64,000 nucleotides of DNA from an uncultured Chloroflexia bacterium. Its GTDB lineage: Bacteria > Chloroflexota > Anaerolineae > JAAYZQ01. A model generated the notes under the pieces. The model did no database searches, was not told where the DNA came from, and worked only from the letters and a program-made list of their open reading frames with translations. Each line of letters begins with the position of its first letter. Position 1 is the first letter of the stretch. Of the stretch, positions 10,136 through 20,177 are shown in pieces. Position numbers and translations under genes: made by a program. The DNA is taken from positions 1,696,001-1,760,000 of the forward strand of contig CAVOXA010000001.1 of NCBI GenBank assembly GCA_963700285.1, in the 5' to 3' direction.

Positions 10136-10283
10136 GTCGGTGCGGATCCGCGCATCGGTTTCGAGCCAATACTCGTTGTGGGACTCGAAACGGTCTATCT
10201 TGCCGTGGCGATGGGTAAAATGCCCGCAGGCGCGCAGGATCTGGTCATAGTTGTGCATGTCGTCGACATAATAGTACTCAACC
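10136..10283 (-). pseudogene. Fragment of an ATP-grasp-domain protein gene
   Basis: EYYYVDDMHNYDQILRACGHFTHRHGKIDRFESHNEYWLETDARIRTD resembles the N-terminal part of a conserved ATP-grasp family; no proper start or C-terminus. Confidence 0.55.
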
Positions 10284-10601
10284 GGGCTTCCCGGAGTTCG
10301 GGGCTTGGCGTTGGCTCTCTCTGCGGGTATCATACTTCCAGCCGGGGTAAGCGACGTCGCCGTCGCCAGAACGGGGCCATTCTACTACAGAACACGCCTC
10401 CTCGAAATCAACAATGCCCATCAGCGCCGTATCCGACGGGTCGCACAGGATATTCGACGAATCCAGATCGCCGTGAACCAGAGTCGGTTTGAAGCTCCGG
10501 TATCCTTGATCGGCCAGGAACGACTCGAATAGTGCCCGTGTCCAGGTTCGCTCTCGAACGCTTAGAGATGGGTAGACGTGCTGTCTGACCTCACCGTACA
10601 A
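10278..10601 (-). pseudogene. Fragment of an aminoglycoside-phosphotransferase (APH)-like kinase
   Basis: LVHGDLDSSNIL...GIVDFEEA catalytic motifs in a 107-aa ORF lacking the N-lobe. Confidence 0.65.
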
Positions 10602-10661
10602 TGCCTGCTGTCTTTTACTTGTGCAGGCCCGATGCGCGGCAGTACGATGGGCCGGAGCGTT

Positions 10662-11132
10662 CTAGGTGGGGTGCTGTGCTGGTTCCTGAGCTGATTTGAT
10701 GATGCCCTCCAGCTTTTCGACATAAACAGGTGGAAGCTGCAGGGACCTGGCCCCGGCTAGAATGGGCCGGACATAGTCCTTGGATGGCTGGAAGGGACCA
10801 CCTGGCTCGGGAATGACATAGGTAATCGCTGCTATTTCTGTACCGTCCTTCCCGCTCACGCTGATGTCAATCTTCTGGTAGTAGCCCTTGTCCACCCCAG
10901 CTATGGCGTCCAGGGCTTCGAGCGCTTTGGGGCTCATCTCATAGAGGAGGCCCAGTATTTCTTCGTCGCCAGCTTCCTCCAGGTTGCAGCCTCCACCCGA
11001 ACTGCCCTGGCCGTAGGTTGCGAAAGAGACCCTGTAGCCTGATAACCGTGCGATTCCCGTGGGCTTTGCCGATGGGCTATATTTGCCCATTTCCTCGGCG
11101 TCCAGAAGCGTGCAGTAGGCAAAGTAGAGCAT
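10662..11132 (-). CDS. Gamma-glutamylcyclotransferase-family protein
   Basis: MLYFAY N-terminus, GLLYEM, PSKDYV...LPPVYVEKL; GAGGAGG RBS. Confidence 0.85.
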   Translation of the reverse strand: MLYFAYCTLLDAEEMGKYSPSAKPTGIARLSGYRVSFATYGQGSSGGGCNLEEAGDEEILGLLYEMSPKALEALDAIAGVDKGYYQKIDISVSGKDGTEIAAITYVIPEPGGPFQPSKDYVRPILAGARSLQLPPVYVEKLEGIIKSAQEPAQHPT

Positions 11133-11328
11133 ATCCCCTCCTCTGGTTGGGCGGATCCGTAGCATGACCAGCGCTGTGGTCACTCGTGAGGCCATTATAC
11201 ACCACAGTGCCTGAAGTGACAAACAGGCGAAAACGGCACCTGGCTCTCTTTGCACTTCCGGGGCTTTCCGGCTAGAATGGTTCGAGATGATAATCGGTAG
11301 GGTAGTCGAGGATTGGAGGAAGTGAGAG

Positions 11329-12090
11329 ATGAGCAGCGATCAGCCGGCCCTCATCCTTTCCGGAAAGACCAAACCGTACCTTATGGCCCACCGCGGCAAC
11401 AGGGTGGCCTGCCCGGAGAATACCCTGGCTGCTTTCCGGCAGGCGCTGTTCGACGGAGCGGACATCATCGAGACCGACCTGCACCTGACGGCCGACGAGG
11501 TCTTTGTCTGTATCCACGATGCGACGGTAGATCGCACGACGGATGGCACCGGGGCGGTGGCCGGCTTGACATTGGCCGAGCTAAAGGGGTTGAGCGCGGC
11601 CTGTGGCCGCCCGGAATTCGAGGCAGAGCGTATCCCGACACTGACGGAACTGGCTACCATGCTACCCGGTGACGTGGCGCTTGGCCTGGAGCTGAAGAGC
11701 GATCGTTTCCTCGAGCCTGAGGTCTGCGCGAGCCTTTTGGCCGAGCTGGACCGGACCGGAGTCCGCAGCCGGACGGTGGCGCTGTCCTTTTCGCTGGCCA
11801 GGCTGCAAGCTGTGCAGGCGGTCGCCCCCGACATGCCCATCGGTTGGATCACGCTTACGCGACTTGTGCCCCTTCGAGAGGCCCAACTGCTGGGGCCGCT
11901 GTGGCTGCTTCCCTTCCTGAATCCTCTCTATGTCTGGCTGGCGCACAGGCGCGGACAAGTGGTCTGCCCCCTGGATCCCACTCCCGACAAGCGGCTGCGA
12001 TTCTACCGCTGGCTGGGTTGTGACGCGGTGCTGTCCGACGATCCTGGAGCAACGCGCCGGGCGCTGCAGAGGCTCGGAGCCCCAAAGTGA
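11329..12090 (+). CDS. Glycerophosphodiester phosphodiesterase (GDPD)
   Basis: AHRG...PENTLAAF, ETDLHLTAD, IHDATVDRTT, LELK motifs. Confidence 0.93.
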   Translation: MSSDQPALILSGKTKPYLMAHRGNRVACPENTLAAFRQALFDGADIIETDLHLTADEVFVCIHDATVDRTTDGTGAVAGLTLAELKGLSAACGRPEFEAERIPTLTELATMLPGDVALGLELKSDRFLEPEVCASLLAELDRTGVRSRTVALSFSLARLQAVQAVAPDMPIGWITLTRLVPLREAQLLGPLWLLPFLNPLYVWLAHRRGQVVCPLDPTPDKRLRFYRWLGCDAVLSDDPGATRRALQRLGAPK

Positions 12091-12224
12091 CGGTGTCCCG
12101 AACGCGATCCAGAGGGGTTCGTACATCCCAACTTCTGGTTGTTCCCTACAGTAAGCTTTCCGTTTGGCCCAATACTGCCCCGAGCCGCGCTGTGTTTACC
12201 TTTCTTGAAGGCGCATTGCTCACA

Positions 12225-12254
12225 TTGACAAGATGGCGCTATTCGTGGTAGAAT
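12225..12254 (+). promoter_or_regulatory. Sigma70-type promoter upstream of the structured leader and ABC operon
   Basis: TTGACA 12225-12230, 18-bp spacer, TG-extended TAGAAT 12249-12254. Confidence 0.7.
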
Positions 12255-12263
12255 AGGCCTAAG

Positions 12264-12490
12264 GGTGTCGTTCCATGCTGGGCTGATACGGAAGCTGCGA
12301 GCCTGGCCTCCGGCAGTCGGTTCATGCGCACGGGGAAAGGAAGCGTACAGTGCAGTACGGTGCCAGCCACCGAGTCCTCAAGCCAGGGGATGCGGTAGCA
12401 ATATCCGCCGTTCTGACCCACTGGCCTCAGCATCTGATCCATGGGGCCAGGTGGTCGACGATCCAGTGGGTGTCGCAGTGGACGATAGCC
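12264..12490 (+). ncRNA. Candidate structured RNA (leader or small RNA), family not recognised
   Basis: Closing stem 12264-12278 with 12475-12490; internal stems CCTGGC/GCCAGG, CGTAC/GTACG, GCGG...CCGC, ACCCACTGG/CCAGTGGGT. Lies between a promoter and a terminator. Confidence 0.45.
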
Positions 12491-12521
12491 TCTGGCTATT
12501 GGCGCGCGGAACCAGATCTCT

Positions 12522-12568
12522 GAGGTGGCTCCTGCAAGCAAGCACAGGATACCGCCTCTTTTTGTTTT
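12522..12568 (+). terminator. Intrinsic terminator within the ABC-operon leader
   Basis: GAGGTGG-C-TCCTG...CAGGA-TA-CCGCCTC stem followed by TTTTTGTTTT. Confidence 0.7.
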
Positions 12569-12719
12569 CTGCAGCCAAGGTCGCTGTGCAAAGGGCCGAG
12601 GCCAGGTGCTCATCCAACGGGTCCCCGGAGGTGCAAGGCAATTGATCTACGGTCCAATGGGGTTAGCCATCCCACTTGCTGGATTTCTGGTTACAGACAT
12701 TTCACCGGAGGGAAAGAAC

Positions 12720-13757
12720 ATGAATCGTAAGATGCTGTTTGTGACACTCATCGTCTTGATGAGCCTGGTGTTGGGGCTGGCTGGTTGCAGCACCGAAAAG
12801 GAGAGCACAGAGATCAATGTGCTCTGCACGCCCCAGGAAGAGTGGTGCCAAGGGATGAAGCAGGAATTTGAGGACAAGTATGGCATCACCGTCAACTATG
12901 TCCGCATGTCCAGTGGCGAGTCGCTGGCCCGTCTGCGGGCCGAAAAGGACAACCCCCAGTTCGATATCTGGTGGGGAGGACCCATCGATAGCTTTGTCGC
13001 GGCCAAGGGTGAGGGTCTGCTGGAAGCCTATGATTCGCCCAACTATGGGAATCTCCTGGACCAAGACAAGTTCAAAGACCCGGACAACTACTGGGCCGGC
13101 ATCTATGTCGGCAGCCTCGGCTTTTGCACCAACGAGGATTGGCTGGCGCAAAACCCAGGCGTAGAGCCTCCCACTTCTTGGGACGATCTGCTCAAGCCCG
13201 AGTTCGCCGACCAGCTCATGGTTGCCCACCCCTCAACTTCCGGCACGTCCTACACAGCGCTGGCCACCGTTCTCCAGCTCAGGGGCGAGGACGCGGGCTG
13301 GGAATACCTAAACAAGTATGCCGATCAGATGTTCCAGTTCACCAAGAGTGGCGCGGCCCCGGCCAAGTTTGTGGGCCAGGGCGAGGCAGGGGTATGCATC
13401 GTCTTCTCGCACGACATCGTGCACGAGATCGAGGACAACGGGATGCCGCTGGCGCTGACCTTCCCGGAAGAGGGAACCGGCTATGAGATCGGCGGCATGG
13501 GCATCGTCAAGGGGGCGGCACACCTGGATGCGGCCCAGAAGTGGTTCGACTGGGCGCTGACCTCCGAGGCGCAGTCGCTGGGCCCCAAGTACCACGCTTA
13601 TCAGGCGCCGACGGTCGAGGGCGTGGAGCTGTCCCATCCCGAACTGCTCGAGGTCAACCTCATCGACTACGACTTCCAGTGGGCCGGGGAGAACAAGAAG
13701 GCATTCATCGACAAGTTCACCAACGAGATCTCTGCTGCTGACCAGCTGAAGGAGTAG
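12720..13757 (+). CDS. ABC transporter substrate-binding lipoprotein (AfuA/FbpA family)
   Basis: GGAGG RBS, lipobox LAGC, NPQFDIWWGG, HPSTSGTSY, FPEEGTGYE. Confidence 0.92.
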   Translation: MNRKMLFVTLIVLMSLVLGLAGCSTEKESTEINVLCTPQEEWCQGMKQEFEDKYGITVNYVRMSSGESLARLRAEKDNPQFDIWWGGPIDSFVAAKGEGLLEAYDSPNYGNLLDQDKFKDPDNYWAGIYVGSLGFCTNEDWLAQNPGVEPPTSWDDLLKPEFADQLMVAHPSTSGTSYTALATVLQLRGEDAGWEYLNKYADQMFQFTKSGAAPAKFVGQGEAGVCIVFSHDIVHEIEDNGMPLALTFPEEGTGYEIGGMGIVKGAAHLDAAQKWFDWALTSEAQSLGPKYHAYQAPTVEGVELSHPELLEVNLIDYDFQWAGENKKAFIDKFTNEISAADQLKE

Positions 13758-13769
13758 GGGTTTTCTGCC

Positions 13770-13800
13770 AAGTGGGCGAGGGCAAGCCCCTCGCCCACTT
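13770..13800 (+). terminator. Stem-loop after the binding-protein gene (attenuator or mRNA stabiliser)
   Basis: AAGTGGGCGAGGG-CAAGC-CCCTCGCCCACTT, a 13-bp perfect stem. Confidence 0.6.
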
Positions 13801-13817
13801 TGCTACGGGGGACCAAC

Positions 13818-16115
13818 ATGGCTGTATCTGCGCCGCTGAAAACAGACCGGACCGAAGGTCGACGGCTGACGTCGCTCCGGAACCGCTACCGTGAGTTTGC
13901 CCTCATTGCCCGCGACCCGGTATTGATGCTCAGCCTGCTATATGTGGGTCTTTTTCTGTTTATCTTTGTTGTCTTTCCACTTTTCCGCGGCACTTCCAAC
14001 GGCTTTATAGATCAGGAAACCGGCAAGTTCAGCGTCGAGTACTTTCGCCGCTACTTTGATCCCTATTACAGCCCCTATCTCCGTCGCGTGTTCCGCGATA
14101 CCATCATCATGGGCGTGCTGACGGCGACCGGAGGCACGGCGCTGGGTTTTGTCTTTGCCTACGCCATGGTGCGATGCAGCATGCCCTTCCGGCGGTTAAT
14201 CCACCTGCTGGCCCTGGTGCCGACCGTTTCGCCTCCCTTCGCCATCGCTCTCAGCACCATCCTTCTGTTTGGCCGAAACGGGCTGATCAGCCGCAAGCTG
14301 CTGGGTATGACCTTTCCTCCAGGGTCCAACGACATCTATGGCATGGACGGCCTGGTGTTCGTGCAGACAATCACCTTCTTTTCGGTGGCCTACCTCATTG
14401 TCCGGGCCATGTTGGAGCGACTGGATCCCAGCATGGAAGAGGCGGCGCACAGCCTGGGTGCCGGCAAGTTTCACATCTTTCGTACGGTGACCCTGCCTCT
14501 TCTCATCCCCGGCATCGCCGGTTCCTTCCTGCTGCTCTTTGTCGAGTCTCTGGCGGACCTTGGCAACCCTCTCTTTATCTCGGGCAACGTGATGGTTCTG
14601 TCGGCCCAGATCTTTCTGGCCGTGGCAGGTGAGTATGACTACCAGAAGGCCTCCGCTCTTGCATTGGTGCTCCTGATCCCCACGCTGGTCGTTTTCCTGG
14701 TACAGCGCTACTATGTGACACGCCGATCCTACGTTTCGGTGACCGGCAAACCGACTGGCGGGCAGATCATGGTCAAGGAACCGGTGATCCGCTGGTCGTT
14801 CATCATCGTCACCTACCTGGTCTGCCTGCTCATCATTGTGCTCTATGCCGGCATCTTTTGGGGATCCTTTGCCACAGCCTGGGGCGTGGACTATACGCCC
14901 ACCCTGGAGTGGTGGCGGCTGATGGTCACCCGCGGTGTGGAGTCTATCCTCGACACCACCTTCTTGAGCGCTTTCGCCACGCCTATCGCCGCCCTGACGG
15001 GCATGGTCGTCGCCTTTCTCGTGGTGCGCAAGCGCTTCAGCGGAAAGGACGCGGTGGACTTTACCTCCAACCTGGGTGGGGCCGTTCCGGGTACGATTCT
15101 AGGCATCGGTTTTGTTCTGGCCTTCAGCACACCGCCCATGATCGTCGTGGTCGTGCTCTATGTGCTGCTGGCTTTCTATCTGGCGCGGACGGCCTACAGT
15201 ACCCGTCGCGAACAGTGGATTGTGCTTGGGGTTGGGACTGTCACAGGCCTGCTGCTTAGCCAACTGGATAGGTTCCTGGGCGACGAGGGAATGATGTATT
15301 TGGTGGGCGGCATCTTTATCGGGTTGGGCCTTTTGCTGTGGTTGTGGCAGAAGCGACAGTCGCTGCGGCCCGTGGCCGGGTGGATCCTGATCGGCCTGGG
15401 GGCCTATTTGCTGGCTGCCAACCTCGTTGTCTATGCGGCCATGCCCATCGCCATGGCGAGTCGAGCCCTTCCGCGTGGTTTCTGGAGCAATGCTCTCTTT
15501 CAGTTTGCCGACTACATCCAGGTCTTTTTCCAGACACCCACGCCTCTGTCGGCCATCATCTATACCTTTGCGATTGTGTTGGTGGTGGGCAGGGTCGCGG
15601 GTATCGTGCGCCTGGGGCTGACGACGGTGTTGCTGGCCCTGGTGGCTGTGATGTGCTTCATGGGCAAACCTCTGGCCCTGGTGGGTTCGGCCTATATCAT
15701 CATTGCCGCCTATGCGGTGCGCAGTTTGCCCGCCTCGGTACGGGCCGGCATCGCCGCCCTGCAGCAGATCGACCCCAGTATTGAGGAGGCATCCAACAAC
15801 CTGGGCGCCGACGCCCAGTACACCTTCCGCAAGGTGACCCTGCCCCTTATCCTGCCAGCCCTGTTGGCCGGCCTGATTTTCGCCTTTACGCGGCACATGA
15901 CCAGCCTATCGGCCATCATCTTTCTGGTCAGCCCCCGGTGGCGCATCGTGACGGCCAGCATCCTGAGCGAGTGGGAGCAGGGTGGTGTCGGAGTGGCTGC
16001 TGCCTATTCTGTCACCCTCATCGTGCTGGTGATGATCGCCATCGCCGTGCTCTATTTCTTGGTCAACAAGCTCTTTGGTGGCCGGGGTGACGTAGACCTG
16101 TCGTTGGGAGCCTAG
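13818..16115 (+). CDS. ABC transporter permease (AfuB/FbpB type, two fused BPD domains with a large hydrophobic insertion)
   Basis: Two EAA motifs (EEAAHSLGA; EEASNNLGA) and many TM helices. Confidence 0.92.
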   Translation: MAVSAPLKTDRTEGRRLTSLRNRYREFALIARDPVLMLSLLYVGLFLFIFVVFPLFRGTSNGFIDQETGKFSVEYFRRYFDPYYSPYLRRVFRDTIIMGVLTATGGTALGFVFAYAMVRCSMPFRRLIHLLALVPTVSPPFAIALSTILLFGRNGLISRKLLGMTFPPGSNDIYGMDGLVFVQTITFFSVAYLIVRAMLERLDPSMEEAAHSLGAGKFHIFRTVTLPLLIPGIAGSFLLLFVESLADLGNPLFISGNVMVLSAQIFLAVAGEYDYQKASALALVLLIPTLVVFLVQRYYVTRRSYVSVTGKPTGGQIMVKEPVIRWSFIIVTYLVCLLIIVLYAGIFWGSFATAWGVDYTPTLEWWRLMVTRGVESILDTTFLSAFATPIAALTGMVVAFLVVRKRFSGKDAVDFTSNLGGAVPGTILGIGFVLAFSTPPMIVVVVLYVLLAFYLARTAYSTRREQWIVLGVGTVTGLLLSQLDRFLGDEGMMYLVGGIFIGLGLLLWLWQKRQSLRPVAGWILIGLGAYLLAANLVVYAAMPIAMASRALPRGFWSNALFQFADYIQVFFQTPTPLSAIIYTFAIVLVVGRVAGIVRLGLTTVLLALVAVMCFMGKPLALVGSAYIIIAAYAVRSLPASVRAGIAALQQIDPSIEEASNNLGADAQYTFRKVTLPLILPALLAGLIFAFTRHMTSLSAIIFLVSPRWRIVTASILSEWEQGGVGVAAAYSVTLIVLVMIAIAVLYFLVNKLFGGRGDVDLSLGA

Positions 16116-16119
16116 TCTC

Positions 16120-17199
16120 ATGTATCTAACGCTTGAAGATGTTGTCAAAGTCTTTACTGCTCGTGGCGGCAGCGGCGAGGTGACCGCTGTGGATCACGTG
16201 GACATCGAGATCGAAGAGGGTGAGCTGGTGACCCTGTTGGGACCGTCGGGCTGCGGCAAGACCACCACGCTGCGGCTCATCGCCGGCTTTGAGTTCCCAA
16301 CAGAGGGCACCATCCGGCTGGACGGCCAGGTCATCAATCAGGAGCCGCCCCACAAGCGCGGAATGAGCATGGTCTTCCAGAGCTATGCGATCTTTCCCCA
16401 CCTCACCGTCTTTGAGAATACGGCCTACGGGCTTAACGTCCAGCGCATATCCAAGAAAGAGGTCCAGGACCGTGTGGCGCGCTCCCTGGAGTTGGTGGAA
16501 CTAACCGGGCTGGAGAACCGGGCGCCCAACCAACTCTCCGGCGGGCAGCAGCAGCGCGTGGCGCTGGCCCGCGCCCTGGTCATGGAGCCCAAGGTCTTGC
16601 TCATGGACGAACCCCTGTCCAACCTGGACGCCAAGCTGCGCGAGCAGATGCGCACCGAGATCCGGCGCATCCAGAAGCGCCTGGGCATCACCAGTGTCTA
16701 TGTCACCCACGACCAGGTGGAGGCCATGACCCTCTCGGATCGGATCGTGGTCATGAACGAGGGCAAGATCGAGCAGATCGGTTCGCCGACCGAGATCTAT
16801 CGCCGGCCCCAGACCCGTTTCGTGGCAGACTTTATCGGCCAGGCCAACTTTGTAGAAGGGATCGTGCGTGAGCAGCGGGAGGGGGAGTTGGTCCTCGACG
16901 CCCTCGGCACCAAGCTGACGGTCCCAGCACCTGGCAGCAACTTTTACAAGGATCAGACGGCGATCCTCGTGATACGGCCCGAGATGGTCGAGATCGATCC
17001 CGCCGAGGCGCAGGTGGAGGGTATCGTACGCAGGGCGACCTACCTGGGCAACGTCGTCGAATATGACGTTGAAGTGGCCGGCCAGCTCCTGGCTCTGGTT
17101 GAATACGATCCGCGCCACACCACCATTCATCCCGAAGGACAGACAATGGGCCTCCGTTTTCTCGAGGACTGCCTCTATGTCCTGCCCCAGCGGGAGTAG
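16120..17199 (+). CDS. ABC transporter ATP-binding subunit (AfuC/PotA family, TOBE domain)
   Basis: [28 protein letters not shown]. Confidence 0.96.
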   Translation: MYLTLEDVVKVFTARGGSGEVTAVDHVDIEIEEGELVTLLGPSGCGKTTTLRLIAGFEFPTEGTIRLDGQVINQEPPHKRGMSMVFQSYAIFPHLTVFENTAYGLNVQRISKKEVQDRVARSLELVELTGLENRAPNQLSGGQQQRVALARALVMEPKVLLMDEPLSNLDAKLREQMRTEIRRIQKRLGITSVYVTHDQVEAMTLSDRIVVMNEGKIEQIGSPTEIYRRPQTRFVADFIGQANFVEGIVREQREGELVLDALGTKLTVPAPGSNFYKDQTAILVIRPEMVEIDPAEAQVEGIVRRATYLGNVVEYDVEVAGQLLALVEYDPRHTTIHPEGQTMGLRFLEDCLYVLPQRE

Positions 17200-17207
17200 C
17201 TTCTCTT

Positions 17208-17963
17208 GTGATAGACCTCGCCGTCGTCGATATTGACGGCTGCTTGACCCCTGGGGTGGCCAGCGACTGGAACTGGGAGGCCCTGCGGTCCATACTCGAC
17301 CTCAACCGGCGGGCGCGGTGCGGTGAGCAAGTGCCGGCTGTCACGTTGTGTACCGGCCGCCAGCAGCCCTACGTCGAAGTACTCATGCAGGCCATCGGCG
17401 CCAGTCTGCCTGGGATCTATGAGAACGGCTGCGGACTGTACTTCCCCGACTCGTACCGCTTTGCCCTTCATCCTCTCATTTCCGTAGAGACGCGGGAGGT
17501 TCTGGCTGTGGCCAGGGCGAACCTTCTTTGCGAGGTCATCGAACCGGGGTTGGGGTATTTCCAGCCGGGAAGAGACTTCTCGCTGAGCATTTTTCCGTCG
17601 GCCCGCATTGGGGTTGTGGATCTGTGCCGGGTGGTGACCAACGTTCTGCATGCACACAAAACCTCTCTGACAGTTCAGAACTCAACGGCGTGTGTGGACA
17701 TAACTCCAATAGGCATCGACAAAGGAACCGGCCTGCGTTGGCTGGCCGAGGAGGCGGGGATCCCGCTGGAGCGCATGGGCGGCATTGGTGACTCGACCAG
17801 CGATCTAGGGTTCCTGCGTTTGGCGGGGCGTTCTGCGGCGCCGGCCAACGCAGTGGAGGAGGTCCGGGCGGCGGTATCCTATGTCTCGCCCTACGAGGAT
17901 GGCGATGGCGTGGTCGATATCTTGCAGGGCTGGGCCAGGGACCGGCAGGAGGAAACGGCGTGA
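17208..17963 (+). CDS. HAD-superfamily IIB hydrolase (phosphatase)
   Basis: DIDGCLT, CTGR, DKG, GIGDSTSD. Confidence 0.88.
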   Translation: MIDLAVVDIDGCLTPGVASDWNWEALRSILDLNRRARCGEQVPAVTLCTGRQQPYVEVLMQAIGASLPGIYENGCGLYFPDSYRFALHPLISVETREVLAVARANLLCEVIEPGLGYFQPGRDFSLSIFPSARIGVVDLCRVVTNVLHAHKTSLTVQNSTACVDITPIGIDKGTGLRWLAEEAGIPLERMGGIGDSTSDLGFLRLAGRSAAPANAVEEVRAAVSYVSPYEDGDGVVDILQGWARDRQEETA

Positions 17964-18826
17964 CTGCAACCTATGACACGGACGTTATGATGTTGGGACA
18001 TTTCGCCCGAGATCGTCTGGTCGTCGATGGACAGGGCGAGATCGTGTCAGGCGGTGGAGTCTACTATGGCAGCGTGGCTCTGCGCCATCTGGGCATTGGC
18101 GTTGCGGTTGTCACCCGGCTGCATCCAGACCACTTTCCGCTATTGGATGAGCTTAGGCGAGAGGGAGTCGATGTCTATGCCACGCCAGCTTCAGAAACTT
18201 CTGGCATCGAGAACATCTATGACTCGGCCGACATGGAGCGGCGCATCTGCAAGCCCCTGGGCTTTGCCGGTTCCATTCGGCCTCAGGACGTCCCGGATCT
18301 CTGGGCCCAGGTCTATGTGGCCGCCTCCATTATCGCTGGCGAGATCGATCTCGCGCTCCTCAAGGCCCTGGCGCGGCGTGGGCCTGTGGCCCTTGATGTG
18401 CAGGGCTTTGTCCGCGTCCGCGATGGCGGCGATCTGGTCTTCCGCCAGTGGCCTGACATGGAGGAGGGACTGGCCCAGGTGACCTACCTCAAGGTTGACC
18501 GCGCCGAGGCCGAGCTGCTGACAGGCCAGACCAATCTGGAACTGGCCGCCCGCCAGCTAACCGAGTACGGGCCAAGCGAGATCGTCGTCACCCAATCCTC
18601 AGGCGTCACAGTTCTTGCGGATGGCTGCCTCTATCAAGCGCCTTTTACCTCCCGTTCCCTCTCGGGGCGGACAGGCCGGGGTGATACCTGTTTCGCTGCC
18701 TACCTTGGCTGCCGGCTGACCGAGCCACCAGCGCAGGCAACCCGTCTGGCTGGGGCTGTCACTTCCCTCAAACAGGAAAAGCCCGGCCCCTGGCGCGGCA
18801 GCCTGGCCGACCTGCAGCAGATATGA
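17960..18826 (+). CDS. PfkB/ribokinase-family carbohydrate kinase
   Basis: GGGVYY, LDVQG, RTGRGDT anion-hole motif; GTGA translational coupling. Confidence 0.88.
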   Translation: MTATYDTDVMMLGHFARDRLVVDGQGEIVSGGGVYYGSVALRHLGIGVAVVTRLHPDHFPLLDELRREGVDVYATPASETSGIENIYDSADMERRICKPLGFAGSIRPQDVPDLWAQVYVAASIIAGEIDLALLKALARRGPVALDVQGFVRVRDGGDLVFRQWPDMEEGLAQVTYLKVDRAEAELLTGQTNLELAARQLTEYGPSEIVVTQSSGVTVLADGCLYQAPFTSRSLSGRTGRGDTCFAAYLGCRLTEPPAQATRLAGAVTSLKQEKPGPWRGSLADLQQI

Positions 18827-18856
18827 ACAGGCGCAGACAGACAGGGAACGCCCATC

Positions 18857-20155
18857 GTGCTGCTTGATCGAAGGCAGGTCAGGCTCATGCTGCCCCTCGG
18901 GGCAGCCATGGCCCTTTCTCTCACCGGTGATCTCACAATGTACGCTGTACTGGCCAACCAGACAGAGGTGCTGGGCATAGGCCTGGCTGTCGTAGGGGTC
19001 CTGCTGGGGGTGAATCGCCTGATCCGAATCCCTGGCAACCTACTGGCTGGCGCCCTCAACGATCGCCCTGGCCAATGGCTCGGACGACGCCCGCTCTTTC
19101 TTCTGGGTCTCTTTCTTGGGATCCTTGCCACATTGAGTTACGGACTGGTGAGCGGTTTCTGGCCCTTGCTGGGTGGCCGTCTGTTGTGGGGTACTGCGTG
19201 GTCGCTCATCAACGTGACCGGATACACGATGGTCTTGGATTGGAGTACACAGGCTGACCGTGGGCGCATGATGGGCTTCTATCAGATGGCTTTCATGCTG
19301 GGTTTGGCCATCAGCCCGCTGATGGGTGGGATACTGACCGACGCTGTGGGTTTCCGGCTTGCAGTGCGCATCTGTGCCGCCGTCTCGGGCATTGGCCTCG
19401 TTTTGGCATTCTTGACCCTGCCCGAGACGGGGCCGCCGCAGGACAAGACAAGGCAGAAACTGGGGCTTGGGGCACAGCGCCTTGCGGCATGGGCTGGCAC
19501 CTGGCGACAGGTGCTGCGATCTGGCCCTTCAAAGTTGATTCGTCGAGGTAGTGGCCTTGTTGATCGGCGGATCCTGCTGGCAGACTATATCTACCTGGTG
19601 ATTCTCTTTGTGAGCAGCGGGGTCATGATGTCCACCATCGCCCTCTACCTGGGACAGCGATGGGGCGCCAACATCTCGCTCAACGGAATGCTGATCGGAG
19701 TGTCCACGCTGGCCGGGATGTTGCTGGCCATGCGGGCTTTCGCGGGCATGCTGGCCGGGCCGCTGGCGGGTACGCTGTCGGATTACCTGCGCGATCGGTG
19801 GCCGGTCGTCCGCGGAGGGATCCTGCTGGGTGTGGCCGGATTCATCATCCTGGCCTTGTTCCTTGACGTCTGGGCCGTACCGGTTGGAGTGGCCCTGGTA
19901 GCCATCAGCGCGGGAACCCTGGCGACGGCGCTCGTGGCGCTGGTAGGCGACCTGGCAAGGGCTGAGCAGAAGGGCTTGACCATCGGCGGGCTTGCGACGG
20001 CTGGCGATATCGGGAGTGCCGCCGGCCCGTTCGTGGCTTATGCGCTGCTGGCGACCCTGGACCTGCGCTGGATCTATCTACTATGCGCACTGGCCCTGGC
20101 TTCTACCCTGATAGCGACGGTGGGACAGGGGAGGCGAAGCACGACGACGGTGTGA
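18857..20155 (+). CDS. MFS transporter
   Basis: About 12 hydrophobic helices, GALNDR...GRR motif A variant, RGRMMG. Confidence 0.88.
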   Translation: MLLDRRQVRLMLPLGAAMALSLTGDLTMYAVLANQTEVLGIGLAVVGVLLGVNRLIRIPGNLLAGALNDRPGQWLGRRPLFLLGLFLGILATLSYGLVSGFWPLLGGRLLWGTAWSLINVTGYTMVLDWSTQADRGRMMGFYQMAFMLGLAISPLMGGILTDAVGFRLAVRICAAVSGIGLVLAFLTLPETGPPQDKTRQKLGLGAQRLAAWAGTWRQVLRSGPSKLIRRGSGLVDRRILLADYIYLVILFVSSGVMMSTIALYLGQRWGANISLNGMLIGVSTLAGMLLAMRAFAGMLAGPLAGTLSDYLRDRWPVVRGGILLGVAGFIILALFLDVWAVPVGVALVAISAGTLATALVALVGDLARAEQKGLTIGGLATAGDIGSAAGPFVAYALLATLDLRWIYLLCALALASTLIATVGQGRRSTTTV

Positions 20156-20177
20156 CCTGTGGCGACTCCTCCATGTG

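Noticed and set aside
12300-12400. Cobalamin riboswitch or SRP RNA (AAGCCAGG, GCCACCG, GAAAGGAAGC words)
   Set aside because: The other required consensus elements and stems are missing; kept only as an unclassified structured RNA.
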